A DNA stretch of 64,000 nucleotides from Pirellulales bacterium (GTDB lineage Bacteria > Planctomycetota > Planctomycetia > Pirellulales > DATAWG01). Within the stretch, counting starts at the first letter, position 1; every line of letters begins with the position of its first letter. Location: NCBI GenBank assembly GCA_963738955.1, contig CAVTYW010000006.1, positions 120,642-184,641 of the forward strand, written 5' to 3'. The translations under genes and the position numbers were made by a program. Shown here in pieces: positions 21,401 through 34,921 of the stretch. A model generated the notes under the pieces. That model saw only the letters and a list, made by a program, of their open reading frames with translations, made no database searches and was not told the origin of the DNA.

Positions 21401-22016
21401 CGGCGGCAACGCGATCGATTCGGCGAGTGAACGCGAGGTCGTTCGTCGCGGGCCACGCCGCATCGCTCAGCGGATTGGCGAGTCGAGTCAGCGCCAGTCG
21501 CGCATCGTCCGGGCGCGCCATCGCGAGCGCGCCGGCGAGCAAGCCGATGCCACACGCTACCGCGACGGCTCGCAACGCGGGACGGCGATCGAGGGCCATG
21601 CGCCAATCGAGCGGGGCGATTTCCGCCTCGGCTTGTGCCACCGCGGCGCGGCGCAACTCGGCCGAGCCGGCCAACGGATCGTCTTCGCGCTCGTGGAGGA
21701 ATTCGATCGTGCTGGAAAGATGATCGCCCATGCCGGTGAAATGCCGTTCGATCCGGCCGGCCACGACGACGTCGCGCAGCGGTTGCCGCAGCGCTGGAAG
21801 CAAATACCGCAGCACTGCCCAAACGGTCACCGCCAACAGCGCCAGCGAACAAATCCATCGCACGCCGCGATCGTCGGTCCGCACCAGAGAATCCGCAATC
21901 GCGAGCACCACGATCGCAGTCAGCACAACGGCCACAACCCGGCCCAGTCCGTGGAGCACCAGCAGCCGACGGATTCGTCGGCGCGCTGCGGCGACTTGGC
22001 GTTGGAGAGGGTGCAT
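18437..22016 (-). CDS. Large membrane-anchored coiled-coil protein (DUF4175-like; several indels)
   Basis: N-terminal TM segments with DHLSSTIEF, Ig-like DQPPSV domain, long Gln/Ala-rich helical C-terminus; assembled from 3-4 ORFs. Confidence 0.7.
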
Positions 22017-22073
22017 CGGGCAAGGGTGAGGGCTAGGATGACGGTGAGGGTGAGACACTTACGGCACCGGGAA

Positions 22074-24509
22074 TTATATCATTCCGCAGCGTTTTCGAAG
22101 CGTCCATTCGGCGATTAGGACCAGCAGCAGCAATAGTAAGACGGGCCAGCGGTTCCAAAGTTCCAGCGGCGGGCTGGTCGGTTTCATCGGCACCTGCCGG
22201 CCGGCGGGCAGATCGCTGAGCAGCGTGCCGGCGGTTTGCCAGGAGTAAAAATGGCCTTTCGTCTTATCGGCGGCGCCCTGCAATTCCGACACGTCCATCT
22301 GCGTGCGCTCGAATTCCACTTCGGAAACCTTGACCTGAAAGCTGGCCGACGGCTCGCCCGGCAGCGGCGGATCGACCACGAGGGCCTGATAGCTGCCCGA
22401 CGGCAGTGGATCGAGGGTCGCTTCGAACAGCTCGTGATTCGTCGCGCTGCGCGGCAGCTTCAACTGCCGCTCGGTTTGATCGCCGTGGCGCAGCAGAATC
22501 GTGACATCGTGGCCATCGGCGGGCGAAAGCCGGGGATCGGTGAACTCCAATCGTAAGCGAACCGGCTCGCCTTGGGCGTATTGCCTGCGGCTCGTCGAAA
22601 GCCGGGCGACCTGGTCCTTGCCGAGCAGCTTCGTGCGGCTGAGATAGCGGATGGTTTGAATCCAATAGCGCGCAAAGAAAACGTCGCCGACTTGATAGCG
22701 CCAGCGCCAGGTTTCGTCGGTCGCGTGGAACAGCACCATGCCGGCCCCGGCGCGGCGCTGGAGAATCACCGGCAGCGGTCGGCCATCGGGGCCGCGGCGC
22801 GTCGGATTTTCGGCAAGCACTTCGGCCGATTCCTTGGCTTGTGCTTCGAGCAGCCAATAAAGGGGCGGGAGCTTTTGCCAGATTTGCACCGTCTCGGCGG
22901 GCGTGTCGCCGAGTTGCATGTTCGGTTCGTTCAGCCCTTCGGCGGTCGGGCGCATCGTGAAGCCTTCGGTAATCGCGCGGCGCGGATCGGGCGCCAGGGC
23001 GGTGGCCAAATCGACCGGCACCAGCGACGCCAGCGGCGTGCCGCGATAGGCCAGCGGGTTGTAGGCCGGCCCGGCGATCATCACCAAGCCGCCACCTTTC
23101 TGCACGACGAAATCGGAAAGGTTGCTCAAGGCCGTCGTGCTCAGCAGCGCCGGATTGACGTCGCCAAAGATCACCACGTCGTATGCAAAAAGATCCTCGC
23201 GGCGGACGGGAAAGACCGCGAGAGCCGTTTTGTCGGCGGAAGCGTATTCCACGTCGGCATCTTGCAGCAGCGTATGCAGCTCGATCGTCGTGTCGCGCTC
23301 CAGCAAATTCTTCAGGTAGCGGAACTCGTAGTTCGGATAGGCCTGCACCAGCAGCACGCGGATCTGCGCCTTGCGAACGCTCACTTGGCGCTCGAGTTGA
23401 TTGTTGTCGTCGCGCACTTCGTCGGCCAGCCGATCGACTTCGACGATGTAGTCGAACTGGCCTTCTTTGTCGGGCCGGTGCGACAGTGTCAGCTCTTGCG
23501 GCTTGTGGCTATCGGGAATCGTGACCGTTTGCCGGGCCAGAATGGCGCCCGACTTTTTGTCTTTGAGCCGCACTTCGACTTGCTTGCCGGCATAGCCCGT
23601 GGCGATCAGATTGAAACGGAAAGTGAGCATGTCGTTCGACAAATGCGACGTCGGAGACTTGCAAATCGGTGAGTTCGAGGTCTTCGAGCGGCTGATCGCT
23701 GCCGAGGCCAATCGCGAAGATCGGAATGCCCTTGGCTCGAGCGGCATCGGCCGCGCCCCCTTCGGCGCCGAGGCTATCGGCGGCGCTCGAATCGCCGCGC
23801 GGCGCCGTCTGCCCGACGAGCCGCTGGCCATCGGTGGTGATGCCATCGGTCATCAACACGACGGCTGCCACGCCGCTGAGCCCTTGATCGCTGAGCACGG
23901 TTCGCACGCAGTCGCCGAGGCGCGTCGCTTTGCCGGTCGGTTGCAGGCGGCGAATTGCGTCGCGGAGTTGAGCGACGTCGCCCGACTGGAGTCGCGCGAT
24001 TTCGGAAAAGAAATAGACTCGCAGCTTGTAACGCGAATCAAGCGAACGGAGCAGCGCGGCGTCGTCTTCCAGCAGCAAGGTTTTCGCCTGGTTCAATCGC
24101 GTAATGCCGTCGAGGCCGGTCGCTTTGATCCGCCGCGCAATATCGGCGCGAAGGATTGATTGTCGTAGTGGTCGGCGATCTTCATGCTCTCGGAATCATC
24201 GACGAGCACAACGAGATAGGGAAGCTGCGTCGGATTCAGTTCCAATACCCAGCCCGCGATCATCATCAGCACCAGGCCGATGGCCGACAGCCGCAATGTC
24301 GCGAGCACAATGCGGCGCAAGCGGCCCGCGGGACCGATTTCCAACGAGTAGACAATCGCGACCAGCGCGACCATTGCGGCCACGGCTAGCAATGTCACCC
24401 AGGCTTCCCACGGCCAGGAATGCTCAAGCCGCCAGACGGTGCCTTCACCGGCAGCGCCGGCGTTGACGCCGAAATAGCGGGCAAGCCAGGGAGGAAGGGT
24501 GCCGGACAC
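22074..24509 (-). CDS. VWA plus glutamine-amidotransferase-like membrane protein (indels)
   Basis: MIDAS-like VDDSESM and MTDG, YEFRYLKNLL.RD, YDVVIFGDV, GGGLVMIAG, ETWRWR, C-terminal EW.LRKR.G. Confidence 0.78.
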
Positions 24510-24567
24510 GGGAGGGGCTAGGGGTTAGGGACTAGGGGCTAGGGACGAAGAACGAAGAGGCGACGGA

Positions 24568-26919
24568 CTACGATGCGCGGTAACCGAACCACCAGGCTAG
24601 GACGGTTTCTACGAGCAACAGTGCCAAGGCCAAATAGAGGAATAAACGTTCTTGGCCGCTGTGGGTGCCGAGTTGCGAGGAGGGTTGTTGTTGTGGGCCT
24701 TCTAACGCTGGGACGACGGTTAGTTGCTCGGGCAGTGTTGCAGGGTCGATTTTTTCGAGGGCACTTTCCGTCGGGTTGATATTCACGGCGTAAAGACGGT
24801 TTTGGCTGGCGGCGCTTGGCATTTCGGCTCGGTAGATGCCGCTTTGCCAGGTGTCGGCATACGACCAGCGATTCGATTCGTCGCGCGCGGCGATGCGGAT
24901 TTGCTCTTTGCGGCCGTCGGGATTTTGCAGCACTAGCGCGGCGGAGGCGGCGGCGACCGGCAACGAAGATTCCAACGGCTGGCCGACGAGAATGTTGCGG
25001 TCGGCGCCTTGAGGGCCGATCGCGGCCAGCAGCAAGTTTTGCATCATCGGTTGGAAGCTGGATTTCAGCGGCCAATTCGACCAAGGCTGCTTTGTCGCCG
25101 GATCGACTGAGGCGAAAGAAACGGGCAGCGCGACGAGGATCGAGCGGCCGCCAGGGGAATAAGGGCGAGGGGCGAGGGGCGACGGGCGAGGAGACGAAGA
25201 CGCCGTGGGCTCAGGTTCGGCGGCCGGCGGCGACGCATCGCCGGTGATTCGAGCAGTGACAATCGCGGGATCGCCGGTGGGACGAAACGCCAAGGCGACG
25301 CGAGCTGACGCGGGAGGCTTTTTCAAGCGGAAGTAGCGGTTCACGATCGTGCTGAGCAGGCCCGCGCGTGTGTTGCCGGCGAATTCGTGGACGAGTGGAT
25401 CGGCGTATTCGAGGGGATCGAAGGAGTAAGTTCCCGCCGCGGACGGAGCGTCGAGCAGCGTCGGCAAGAGGCGCGGCCAGCCGGGGCGTCCGCCACCGAG
25501 TTGCTGGTTGTAGAGTTCGGCATCGACCCGGTCGCCGAGAAAAAAGACCAAGCCGCCGCCGCCGCGAACGTAATTGGCCAGTCCATGCGCCTCGCCCGCG
25601 GTGAATTGAGCGACGTTGGAAAGAAAAACGCAATCGAACCGTTTCAGATCGAGTTCCAAAAGACTTCCATCCGGTGCTTGTTCGACGCGCACCGGCATCG
25701 TTTCCGAGCCGTCGCGGTACGGATTCAAGGCATCGACCAGATACCGCGCGTGCTGCGTCGCGCCTTCGCCGTTAACCACCAGCGCCGCGATCGATTCCTT
25801 CACCGGCAGCACGAGCCAGCGATGGTTGTCGACATCCAGCAAGTCGGAAGGATCGCCGACGAGGCGCACTTCCAGCGAATGATCGCCGGGCGACGGGAAC
25901 CGATACGAAAAGGCGACGCTCTGTTGCCCGCCGGCCGGCACGTTCAGCGACCGCTCCTGCACGCGCTGCGAGTCGATGAGCAATTCGGCCCGAACGCCGT
26001 GCGGTTGGCTGCCGAAATTCCGCACTTCGGCCGCGACATCCACGGGACCTTTCGTGGTATAGATCGATTGCGCCGCTTGGCTTGCTCGCAAACCCGTGAC
26101 GGCAAGATTCTCACAATGCGATTGGCCCAGATCGGCGACCGCGAGCCGAGCCGAGTCGGCCAATCGCAGAAGCCGGTCGCGAATTTGCCGGCCGCCGGAT
26201 GGCGAATCGAGATCCCATTTCGTGCGGCCGAGATCGGATAGAAAATAGACTTCGGTGTTCGTGAGCCGCGGGAATTCACGTTTTGCGCGGGCAATAATCT
26301 CTTCGACGCGATCGAGCGAACCCGAGAGATCGCCGCCGGCTTGTGGAAGTTTTAATTCGCGCAGCTCCTTGAGAAAATCGTCTTCATCGACGAGCCGCTG
26401 GGCTGCCGAAAGATCGGTTGTCGACGAGCTTTTTAGCTGCCGCAACGCGTCGCGAACTTCGTCAGAAACGAATGCCGGCGTGCCGACCACCGTGCGCGCC
26501 GGGGCGCTCATCAAGACCAGCGTAAAGCCGTCGCCCTGCGTGCTGCGGGCGACCAGATCGCGGATCAAGTCTTTCGCCAAATCAAACCGGGTGCGGTCGG
26601 CTGGTTTGTAGGCCATCGAATAGGATCCGTCGAGCACGAACACACGATGCACCGGATTGCCGGCGACCGACGTGCCTCCCAATTTTTCCACATACGGCCC
26701 GGCGACGGCGATCACCACTGAAACGATCAAGCCAGTGCGTACTGCCAACAGCAGCCAATGCTCGAAGCGCAATCGGCGCGACCGTTTTTGCAGCGCCGCC
26801 AGAAGATACTCCATCGCCGCCCAGGAAACTTCCCGATACCTGCGCCGGCTCAGCAAATGAATCAGCAGCGGCGCAGCAGCCGCAGCCAACCACCAGAGCA
26901 TGCCGATTTGGGTGAACAT
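24568..26919 (-). CDS. BatA-domain plus VWA protein
   Basis: PLLIHLL.RRR...V.WAAM.YL N-terminal BatA motif, LDGSYSM MIDAS, SD motif, CARDB-like domain, C-terminal TM. Confidence 0.85.
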   Translation of the reverse strand: MFTQIGMLWWLAAAAAPLLIHLLSRRRYREVSWAAMEYLLAALQKRSRRLRFEHWLLLAVRTGLIVSVVIAVAGPYVEKLGGTSVAGNPVHRVFVLDGSYSMAYKPADRTRFDLAKDLIRDLVARSTQGDGFTLVLMSAPARTVVGTPAFVSDEVRDALRQLKSSSTTDLSAAQRLVDEDDFLKELRELKLPQAGGDLSGSLDRVEEIIARAKREFPRLTNTEVYFLSDLGRTKWDLDSPSGGRQIRDRLLRLADSARLAVADLGQSHCENLAVTGLRASQAAQSIYTTKGPVDVAAEVRNFGSQPHGVRAELLIDSQRVQERSLNVPAGGQQSVAFSYRFPSPGDHSLEVRLVGDPSDLLDVDNHRWLVLPVKESIAALVVNGEGATQHARYLVDALNPYRDGSETMPVRVEQAPDGSLLELDLKRFDCVFLSNVAQFTAGEAHGLANYVRGGGGLVFFLGDRVDAELYNQQLGGGRPGWPRLLPTLLDAPSAAGTYSFDPLEYADPLVHEFAGNTRAGLLSTIVNRYFRLKKPPASARVALAFRPTGDPAIVTARITGDASPPAAEPEPTASSSPRPSPLAPRPYSPGGRSILVALPVSFASVDPATKQPWSNWPLKSSFQPMMQNLLLAAIGPQGADRNILVGQPLESSLPVAAASAALVLQNPDGRKEQIRIAARDESNRWSYADTWQSGIYRAEMPSAASQNRLYAVNINPTESALEKIDPATLPEQLTVVPALEGPQQQPSSQLGTHSGQERLFLYLALALLLVETVLAWWFGYRAS

Positions 26920-27040
26920 GGGGGGCAGGGTTAGGGGCGAGGGGCGAGGGGCGAGGTGACGAAGAGACAAGGGTGCGCGCGCGAGCAAACGGCGGCGCGA
27001 TACGCTTCGGCAACATGGTTCAGTGGTCGGATCATCGTTT

Positions 27041-27944
27041 TCACGTGCCCCTCGCCCCGCGTACCTCGCCCCTCGCCCCCATTCGTTGCGTCAAATACGC
27101 CGATAGCGCAATGTCCAGCGGCTGATCGGTGCGGATCTGCACGTAGTCGATTCGGTGTTCGCGGCAGCCTTGCGGATGGCTGTGAGAGAAGTTGCCGAAC
27201 TCCTCCAGGTAGGCCCGGCGCAGGCTGCGCGGTTCGGTCAGCACGTTCGGGCAATTGTTCCAGCCCTTTGAACAGCGTCATTTGCTGGAACGGAAAATCG
27301 AGTTCGGCCGGATCGAGCACGTGGAACAGGACCACTTCGTGCCGCCGGTGGCGAAAATGCTTCAGCCCGGCCAGGATCGCCGGCACGTCGTCGAACAGGT
27401 CGCTGAAGATCACACGATGCCGCGTTTCTTCAGCCGCTCGGCCAGGTCGTGAAAGATCGGCCCGGCGGCCGTCTTTCGCTTCCGGCGCCATCTGCTCCAT
27501 CACGTGCAGCAATTGCTTCAGATGCGACGGATTGCTGCTGGGCCGCACCAGCGCGCGCACCTCGTTCATCGAACGTGACCAGTCCGACGCTATCCTGCTG
27601 TTGCAGGATCAGATAGGCCAGCGCCGCGGCGACGCATTGGGCATACTCCAGCTTCGAGAGCGCCGCGGCCGGGCTGCGGTACGCCATGCTCTCGCTGGTG
27701 TCGAGCAGCAGGTAGCAGATGAGGTTGGTCTCTTCCTCGTATTGCTTGAGATAATACTTGTCGGTCTTGCCGAAAACTTTCCAATCGACGTAGCGCAGGT
27801 CGTCGCCGGGCACGTACTCGCGGTGCTCGGCGAATTCGATCGAGAAGCCGTGGTACGGGCTGCGATGCACGCCCGAGACGTAGCCTTCGACGATCAGCCG
27901 GGCCCGCAGCTCCAGGCCCTGGAGCTTAGCCAGCGTCTGCGGAT

Positions 27945-27969
<25 letters not shown>
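27041..27969 (-). CDS. DUF58 family protein (indels)
   Basis: G.HRSPYHGFS.EFAEHREYVPGDDLRYVDWK, YEEETNL, LDTSESM and FSDLFD motifs. Confidence 0.88.
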
Positions 27970-28988
<1,019 letters not shown>

Positions 28989-28989
28989 T

Positions 28990-31548
28990 CTACTTCTCCT
29001 GCGTCACTTCATGTTCATTGGGATGCACCGGCGCGGCGTGCGGGCCGAGGGCGAAAAGCTCCGTCGGAGTGGCGATCAGCAAATAGCCACCCGCGACGAC
29101 GAGGTTGCCGCCGGACAGAGGCGGATTGCGCGTCGCCAACTGAATCGGGTCGCGAACTTCGACTTGCGTCGGGTCGCCGCCGCTAGCCATGTTGCCGGCG
29201 GTTCGTCCGAGCGCCTGGCGGAAGACATGGATTTCCGTGCGACTTGGAAAATAAACGTCGTCGCCCACGAGTGCGCCGCGACCGTAACCATGCACCGTCG
29301 TGTTGTCGGGCCAGTAGTGGACGACCTTGCCGCCATCGACGTTCAGCCACCAAAGTCGCTGGCCGCTCGCCAGAAGATTTCCGCCGCCGACGCCCAGCAG
29401 GTGTACTACGTCGCGCGGCGTCTTGCTGTCCCAAAGGAGTTGGCCCGTGGAGGAATCGAGCGACAGAATCTTTTCGCAATCGGCGGGCGCGGCCAACACG
29501 CTGCCGCGATAATAAATGCAGGGCGTCAGATCGCGGTAGAAATTCGCGGGCGGGTCGATGCCGCCGCTCGGCCGCTTCGCGCGGGGATACGTGCTCAGCC
29601 AGCGGATTTGGCCGTCGGACGTCGAGATCGCAGCAATGGCGCCGAGGTTCGTGTTCAAATAGAGAGTTTCGTGAGCGAGCGTCAGCAGATTGTTCGTGAT
29701 TTCATCGGTCTGTCCACGAGCCGGCGATTCGGCCGCGCAAACCAGCCGCCGCCAGCGGAGCGTGCCGGTTTGGGCGTCGTAGCAGGCGACATGCTCTTGC
29801 GGCCGCACATCGTTGTAGCGCATGGCCACGTAAACATTGTCGCCGTCGCAAACCGGAGAACCTTCGTAAGTCCAGCGATCGTCTTCCCCAAAAGTTTGCG
29901 GAATGCGCCAAACCAACCGTCCCTCGGCCGCCAAGTCGAGGCAGACCAGATAGCTGTAGCCGGTGGCCACGTTTGAATTGACCCCGCGGCCCGTGATCGG
30001 CGAACCGAGCCGTGCATACAAGCGATGGCCGGCAACGGTCATCGTGAATCGCGGAACGCCGAGCGTGTGAAACAGATTGCCGGAATCGTTATGGGCCGCG
30101 GATTTTTCGAGATCGGCCGCGCCGGAGAAGATTTCGCCGGGCTCGCGGTCTTTCGTGCCAGGGGGAACGGGCCATGCCGGCTTGCCCGTCGGCAAATCGA
30201 AGGCGTATATCTTGTCGAGCGAGTTGAACAGAACCAGATTGCCAACCACGATCGGATGGAACGAGAGCAAGCCGGTCTGATCTTCGGCGGGGCGGCGCTC
30301 GGGGAGACCAAATGTATCGCGAATGATGCCGATGTCGGTGCGAAACGGGCCGCCGTGGTCCAACGGCAGGGCCACGGGCTTGGGCCAAGCCGTGCGCAGA
30401 CCGGGATCGGGAGCGGCGCTCATCGTCCGTTCGAAAGAACCGCCGAAGGTCGGCCAATCGGTCGGCGCGGCGGGGGCCGGGCGCTGCTCGGCGGCCGTCA
30501 GCATGTCGGCCAACAAATCCACATACGCGCCCTCGCGACCGCCGATTTCTCCGCGCGCCGATGGAGAGCGGCGCTTGAGATCATCCAACTCGACGCGAGC
30601 TCGCGCGAACGAGCCTTCGAGAATCGAAGCCAAGACGAGCCGGGCTCGCACGTCGGCCAGATTGAGCTGCGTGTCGGGATACGCCAGCCACTGCGCCGGT
30701 GAGGGAGCAACTCTTTTGGCTTGCGCCGCCGGCTCGGGAGCGACTCGCGTTTCGCTCGCCGCGCGCAAGTCGAGCCACAGCGGGCGTCCATCGGGCGTGC
30801 GCAATTCCGGGCTGATCCGCTCCCAGCACCAGCGGGCTTGAGCGAAGTCGCCTTTTTCCAACTCGATTTCCCCCAATGCGAGCAACGCCTTATCGGTGGA
30901 GCTGCTGAGAAACAACTGATCGACGACGCGCTGGAGCAGCGCCGAATCACGTTTCGCAATCCCTTCGTCGCACCAACGTTTCGCCAGCGGATCGATCCGG
31001 CTGCGATAAAGAGCGCGAGCGACGGGCGGCAACTCGGCCAATCGCATTTGGCAATAATCGCGCACCGGGATGTAGCGGCTATCGTCGAGCCGGATCAATT
31101 TGCTCCCCTGGCGCTGCATCACTTGGCGCAGGGTTTCGACGGCTTCGTCCCATTGCTTCTCGGCGACATGGGCTTTGACCCGTTCCAACAGCGCTCGGGC
31201 CGCGGAATCGACTTCGTCGACCCGAATGGCGGCGGATAGATCGCTGGTAATCGGCTGGCCCCATTGAGCACGGGCGGGCGCTATCCAATAGACGAAAACA
31301 CCGATGGCGGCAAACAGGGCGGCGCGGCGCCAAAGACGAATCGAAACTCGCCACGGTTGGGTCGTTGGCGAAGTTCGCAGCACGAAAGTGTGGAAATAGG
31401 GAACGATGTTCTTGGCCGCTTCAGTAGTTCGTTTCGCTCGGCGCCTCGGTGTAGCCGACCGCGCACTTCGACTATTTAGTATAGGAACTCGGTAAAGGCG
31501 CTGGAAAGATGGGTTGCGAGCGTGAAACCCAGGGAAGGCCGCCGACAT
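28990..31548 (-). CDS. TPR plus PQQ-type beta-propeller protein (start uncertain)
   Basis: [10 protein letters not shown] and repeated D..TG...W propeller motifs; N-terminal signal-like segment and helical repeats. Confidence 0.8.
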   Translation of the reverse strand: MSAAFPGFHARNPSFQRLYRVPILNSRSARSATPRRRAKRTTEAAKNIVPYFHTFVLRTSPTTQPWRVSIRLWRRAALFAAIGVFVYWIAPARAQWGQPITSDLSAAIRVDEVDSAARALLERVKAHVAEKQWDEAVETLRQVMQRQGSKLIRLDDSRYIPVRDYCQMRLAELPPVARALYRSRIDPLAKRWCDEGIAKRDSALLQRVVDQLFLSSSTDKALLALGEIELEKGDFAQARWCWERISPELRTPDGRPLWLDLRAASETRVAPEPAAQAKRVAPSPAQWLAYPDTQLNLADVRARLVLASILEGSFARARVELDDLKRRSPSARGEIGGREGAYVDLLADMLTAAEQRPAPAAPTDWPTFGGSFERTMSAAPDPGLRTAWPKPVALPLDHGGPFRTDIGIIRDTFGLPERRPAEDQTGLLSFHPIVVGNLVLFNSLDKIYAFDLPTGKPAWPVPPGTKDREPGEIFSGAADLEKSAAHNDSGNLFHTLGVPRFTMTVAGHRLYARLGSPITGRGVNSNVATGYSYLVCLDLAAEGRLVWRIPQTFGEDDRWTYEGSPVCDGDNVYVAMRYNDVRPQEHVACYDAQTGTLRWRRLVCAAESPARGQTDEITNNLLTLAHETLYLNTNLGAIAAISTSDGQIRWLSTYPRAKRPSGGIDPPANFYRDLTPCIYYRGSVLAAPADCEKILSLDSSTGQLLWDSKTPRDVVHLLGVGGGNLLASGQRLWWLNVDGGKVVHYWPDNTTVHGYGRGALVGDDVYFPSRTEIHVFRQALGRTAGNMASGGDPTQVEVRDPIQLATRNPPLSGGNLVVAGGYLLIATPTELFALGPHAAPVHPNEHEVTQEK

Positions 31549-31729
31549 GGGTTCAATTAGCGAGCGGTTTGGCGGCCTTTCCCCGGGCTTGCGTGTGATT
31601 CGGCGGGTCTGCTTTCCGCCCCTGGCCCCTGCTTCCGGCCGATGTTATCATTGAACCTTCCTTCCCAATCCCCTCCTTCTTTCCCGCCGGCCCCTTCGCT
31701 TTGCCGGCCGCGGATGCTAGCTTTCCTTG

Positions 31730-32848
31730 ATGGCCGAATTGCACGAAGACGACCTGTTCCGGCATAGTTCGATGAGCTTCGGGGAGCACCTCGAAGAGCT
31801 TCGAAGCCGCTTGTTCCGCGCCGCGATGTGGCTGATGCTCGGCATGGTGATCGGTTTCATCGTCGGCAAGCCGGTCGTCAAACTGATCGAAGGGCCGATG
31901 GAAACGGCTCTGGAAGGTTTTTATAAGAACCAGACGCAAGATCAGCTTTCGAAAGATGGCCGCGTACTGACCAAGAGCGAAACGGATTTGCTCGAGAACG
32001 GCTACATCAGCGAAGAGGTGTACGTTCAGCCGGAAAAAGTTCTTAAGGATCTGTCCACGGTCATGCCAGGCCTGCCGAAGCCGAAGGCCGAGGCTGCCCC
32101 CGTGGTCGCGGCGCCGGCGGGTTCGGCATCGGCGGTTGCTGCATCTGCGGACACAGCAGTGGCCGACGCGACTTCGGCCGACGCAACTTCGGCCGACGCA
32201 ACCACGGCAAACGTCGCCAAACTCCTGCCGATTACGATTTGGCACCTGAGCAAGGACGATCCACGGGTGCAGCTTAAATCGTTCAATGCGTCGGAACCGT
32301 TCATGATTTACCTCAAAGCCGCGATGCTTACCGGCGTGATTCTCGCCAGCCCGATGATTTTTCGAGAAATCTGGTTATTCGTCGCCGCGGGTCTGTATCC
32401 CCATGAGCGGCGGTATGTTCATATCTTCTTGCCGTTCAGCATCGGCTTGTTTTTGGCGGGCGTGCTGATGGCGTTTTTCGTTGCGTTTCCTCCGGTGCTG
32501 CGATTCTTGCTGAGCTTCAACCAGTTTCTTGGAATCGCGCCCGATCCACGGATCAACGACTGGCTGAGCTTCGTGCTGTTCTTGCCGTTGGCATTTGGAA
32601 TTGGCTTTCAGTTGCCGCTGGTGATGCTGTTCGTGAACCGGATTGGATTGGTGTCGGTGGCGGCGTTCCGCAAGCAATGGCGGATTGCGATTCTCGTGAT
32701 TTTCATCACGGCGACGATTCTCACGCCATCGCCCGACATCTACAGCATGTCGCTGATGGCGTTGCCGATGACGCTGCTTTATTTCGGCGGCATCGCGCTA
32801 TGCGCTTACACAAGCGGCCGCCGCCCGGCGGGTTTGGGACGGGAGTGA
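31730..32848 (+). CDS. tatC: Twin-arginine translocase subunit TatC
   Basis: MSFGEHLEELR.RL, EPFM.YLK, W.FVAAGLYPHER, FQLPLVM and LTPSPD motifs. Confidence 0.93.
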   Translation: MAELHEDDLFRHSSMSFGEHLEELRSRLFRAAMWLMLGMVIGFIVGKPVVKLIEGPMETALEGFYKNQTQDQLSKDGRVLTKSETDLLENGYISEEVYVQPEKVLKDLSTVMPGLPKPKAEAAPVVAAPAGSASAVAASADTAVADATSADATSADATTANVAKLLPITIWHLSKDDPRVQLKSFNASEPFMIYLKAAMLTGVILASPMIFREIWLFVAAGLYPHERRYVHIFLPFSIGLFLAGVLMAFFVAFPPVLRFLLSFNQFLGIAPDPRINDWLSFVLFLPLAFGIGFQLPLVMLFVNRIGLVSVAAFRKQWRIAILVIFITATILTPSPDIYSMSLMALPMTLLYFGGIALCAYTSGRRPAGLGRE

Positions 32849-33074
32849 GAGATGGCCGGGGTCAAGGGCCAGGGGACGCGCGAAGCGGATGCTGACCGTC
32901 GTTCCGGTCTCATCGTTCCTCGTTTCTATGTTCTTCGCCCCTGACCTCTGGCTCCGTGCTTTTTTGGCCTTTCCGGCTCGGCGAGCACGCGATACTATTC
33001 CGGCCCGCTTCAAACAGCGTTGGAGCGTGCGCGCATTGGCAGCATCATCTTGAGCAAAATCGTGAGGTGCGACG

Positions 33075-33335
33075 ATGGGGTTCTTTGCATTCATTCGGGA
33101 AGGCGTGCGTCGTTCGGTGTTGCTGGGCTTTTCCGACGCGGTGGCCGAACTGGGCAACCGCCAGCCGGGCGAAGACCTGGGCGAACATCTGGCTGCGACG
33201 CTGCGGCAAGGGATCGCGCTGGAGCCCTCGACGCCCGAACCGGCGGGAGCCATCGGCGCGGCCGGAACGGCGACCACGACGCGGAAGCGCCTCGGCAAGT
33301 CGCTGGAGCAGATTCGCGAAGCTGGCCAAACGTGA
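33075..33335 (+). CDS. Small hypothetical protein
   Basis: 86-aa ORF with an amphipathic N-terminus (FFAFIREGVRRSVLLGFSDA) and RKRLGKSL near the C-terminus. Confidence 0.6.
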   Translation: MGFFAFIREGVRRSVLLGFSDAVAELGNRQPGEDLGEHLAATLRQGIALEPSTPEPAGAIGAAGTATTTRKRLGKSLEQIREAGQT

Positions 33336-33343
33336 ATCGCCGC

Positions 33344-33417
33344 CGGAACGCAACGGAGGGCGTTGCCTACAATTGCGTACCCATGTGACTGTAGGGAACG
33401 CCCTCCGTGGCGTTCCG
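33344..33417. repeat. GTAG-type REP doublet
   Basis: Inverted copies of GTAGGGAACGCCCTCCGTGGCGTTCCG at 33344-33370 and 33391-33417, between convergent genes. Confidence 0.8.
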
Positions 33418-33418
33418 G

Positions 33419-34921
33419 TCACGAACTCGGCGCGGGTTCCTTCTCCGAATCTTCATCGCCACGATTCAGGATCAGCGGAAAATCGACGACGACGGTTGTC
33501 CCTTCGCCCGGCCGGCTATCGATGACCACCCTGCCCCCGAGCAGCCGCACGCGCTGGCGAATTCCCTGCACGCCGAATCGTCCTTCGTGGACTTTAGCCG
33601 GATCGAATCCTTTGCCCCAATCGCGCACGACCAATCGCAATTGCTGGCCATGCTCGATCAGTTCGACCTTTGCTCGTCGGCTGCCGCTGTGAACGCGGAT
33701 ATTGGAAAGCGCTTCTTGCACGATGCGGAAGATGGCGCTTTCCAGCGGCGGGGCCAGTCGGCCGAACTTCGTATGATGAACGAATTGGATGTTGGGCACG
33801 TCGGGCCGGGTTTCGTTGATTAGATACTCGATCGCGGCGATGATTCCTAATTCATCCAGCACCGGTGGCCGCAATCCGCTGATCAGTCGCCGTGCTTCTT
33901 GGACGGCTGCGCAGCAGATTCAGTCCCCGGTCGAAATCGCTCCCCTCAAGCCGCTCCGCCGCGACATGTTGAAACGCCTGCAGGTGCATCAGAGCGGCGG
34001 CCATTTCCTGCGCCATGCCGTCGTGGATTTCATAGGCGACGATCTGCCGATCGCGTTCGTGCAAATCGAGCAGCTTGCGCAACAACTCTTGTTCACGCTT
34101 TAGCGCCGCCTGATTGGCTCGCAGCGCATCGGCGACACGGCGGTTTTCGGTGATGTCGCGCACACTTCCGGCAATCCGCACCAAGCGGCCCTGCGCGTCG
34201 GCGATTCCCCTCCCCCGCCCGCTGAACCAGCGATATTCGCCTTGCTTCGTTAGCAGCCGATATTCGATTTCGAATTCCGCCTTGTCGGCCAGGCCTTGCA
34301 GGAGTGCTTTCATCACCGATGGCAGTTCGTCGGGATGGACGCGCGACATCCAACTGCCAAGGACATTGGGAAACTCCTCTTCCGAAAAGCCGAACAACTG
34401 CTTCATGCTCGCGGAATACCAGACTGGCAAATCCGGCGAATCGAGCGGCAGACCATTGGGCTTGGCGTCCCAAACGCCGGCGTGAGATCCGCGTTGGGCC
34501 AGCGTCCAGCGTTCGACGCTTTCCTGAAGCGCCGCCTTGCGCGCGGGATTTCCTCCATTGCGGTAACCCGCCGAACGGCTGCGGCCAGGTGCAATTCAAA
34601 CATCCGAGGATCGAGCGGCCAAGTACGGCATTCGTCGGCACCGGCGGCCAAAGCCGTTTGGAGCGTATTGGCGTCATCTTTGTCCACCACGACCCAAATC
34701 AGAGTCAAATTGCCATCCGGACGAGCGCGAATTCGCCGGCACAAATCCCAGGGGTTTGCTCCCCAGTCATCGATCACCACCAACATCGGCCCCTCGGCGA
34801 GATTGCAATTTGCAAGGCCGCCGCCAGAGCCCTCGACGCTGGTCGTGAACCCGCGGGCGCCGAGCCGCCGCAGGAATTCGGTCTGGATTTCCGGTCGGTC
34901 GCTGATTACGAGGGCATTCAT
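33419..34921 (-). CDS. Receiver-like/PAS/HisKA_3 sensor histidine kinase (indels)
   Basis: PAS_3 segment SRVHPDE..EYRL..GEYRW, EIHDG H-box, FRIVQEALSN, DWGKGFD and G..GIRQR motifs. Confidence 0.85.
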
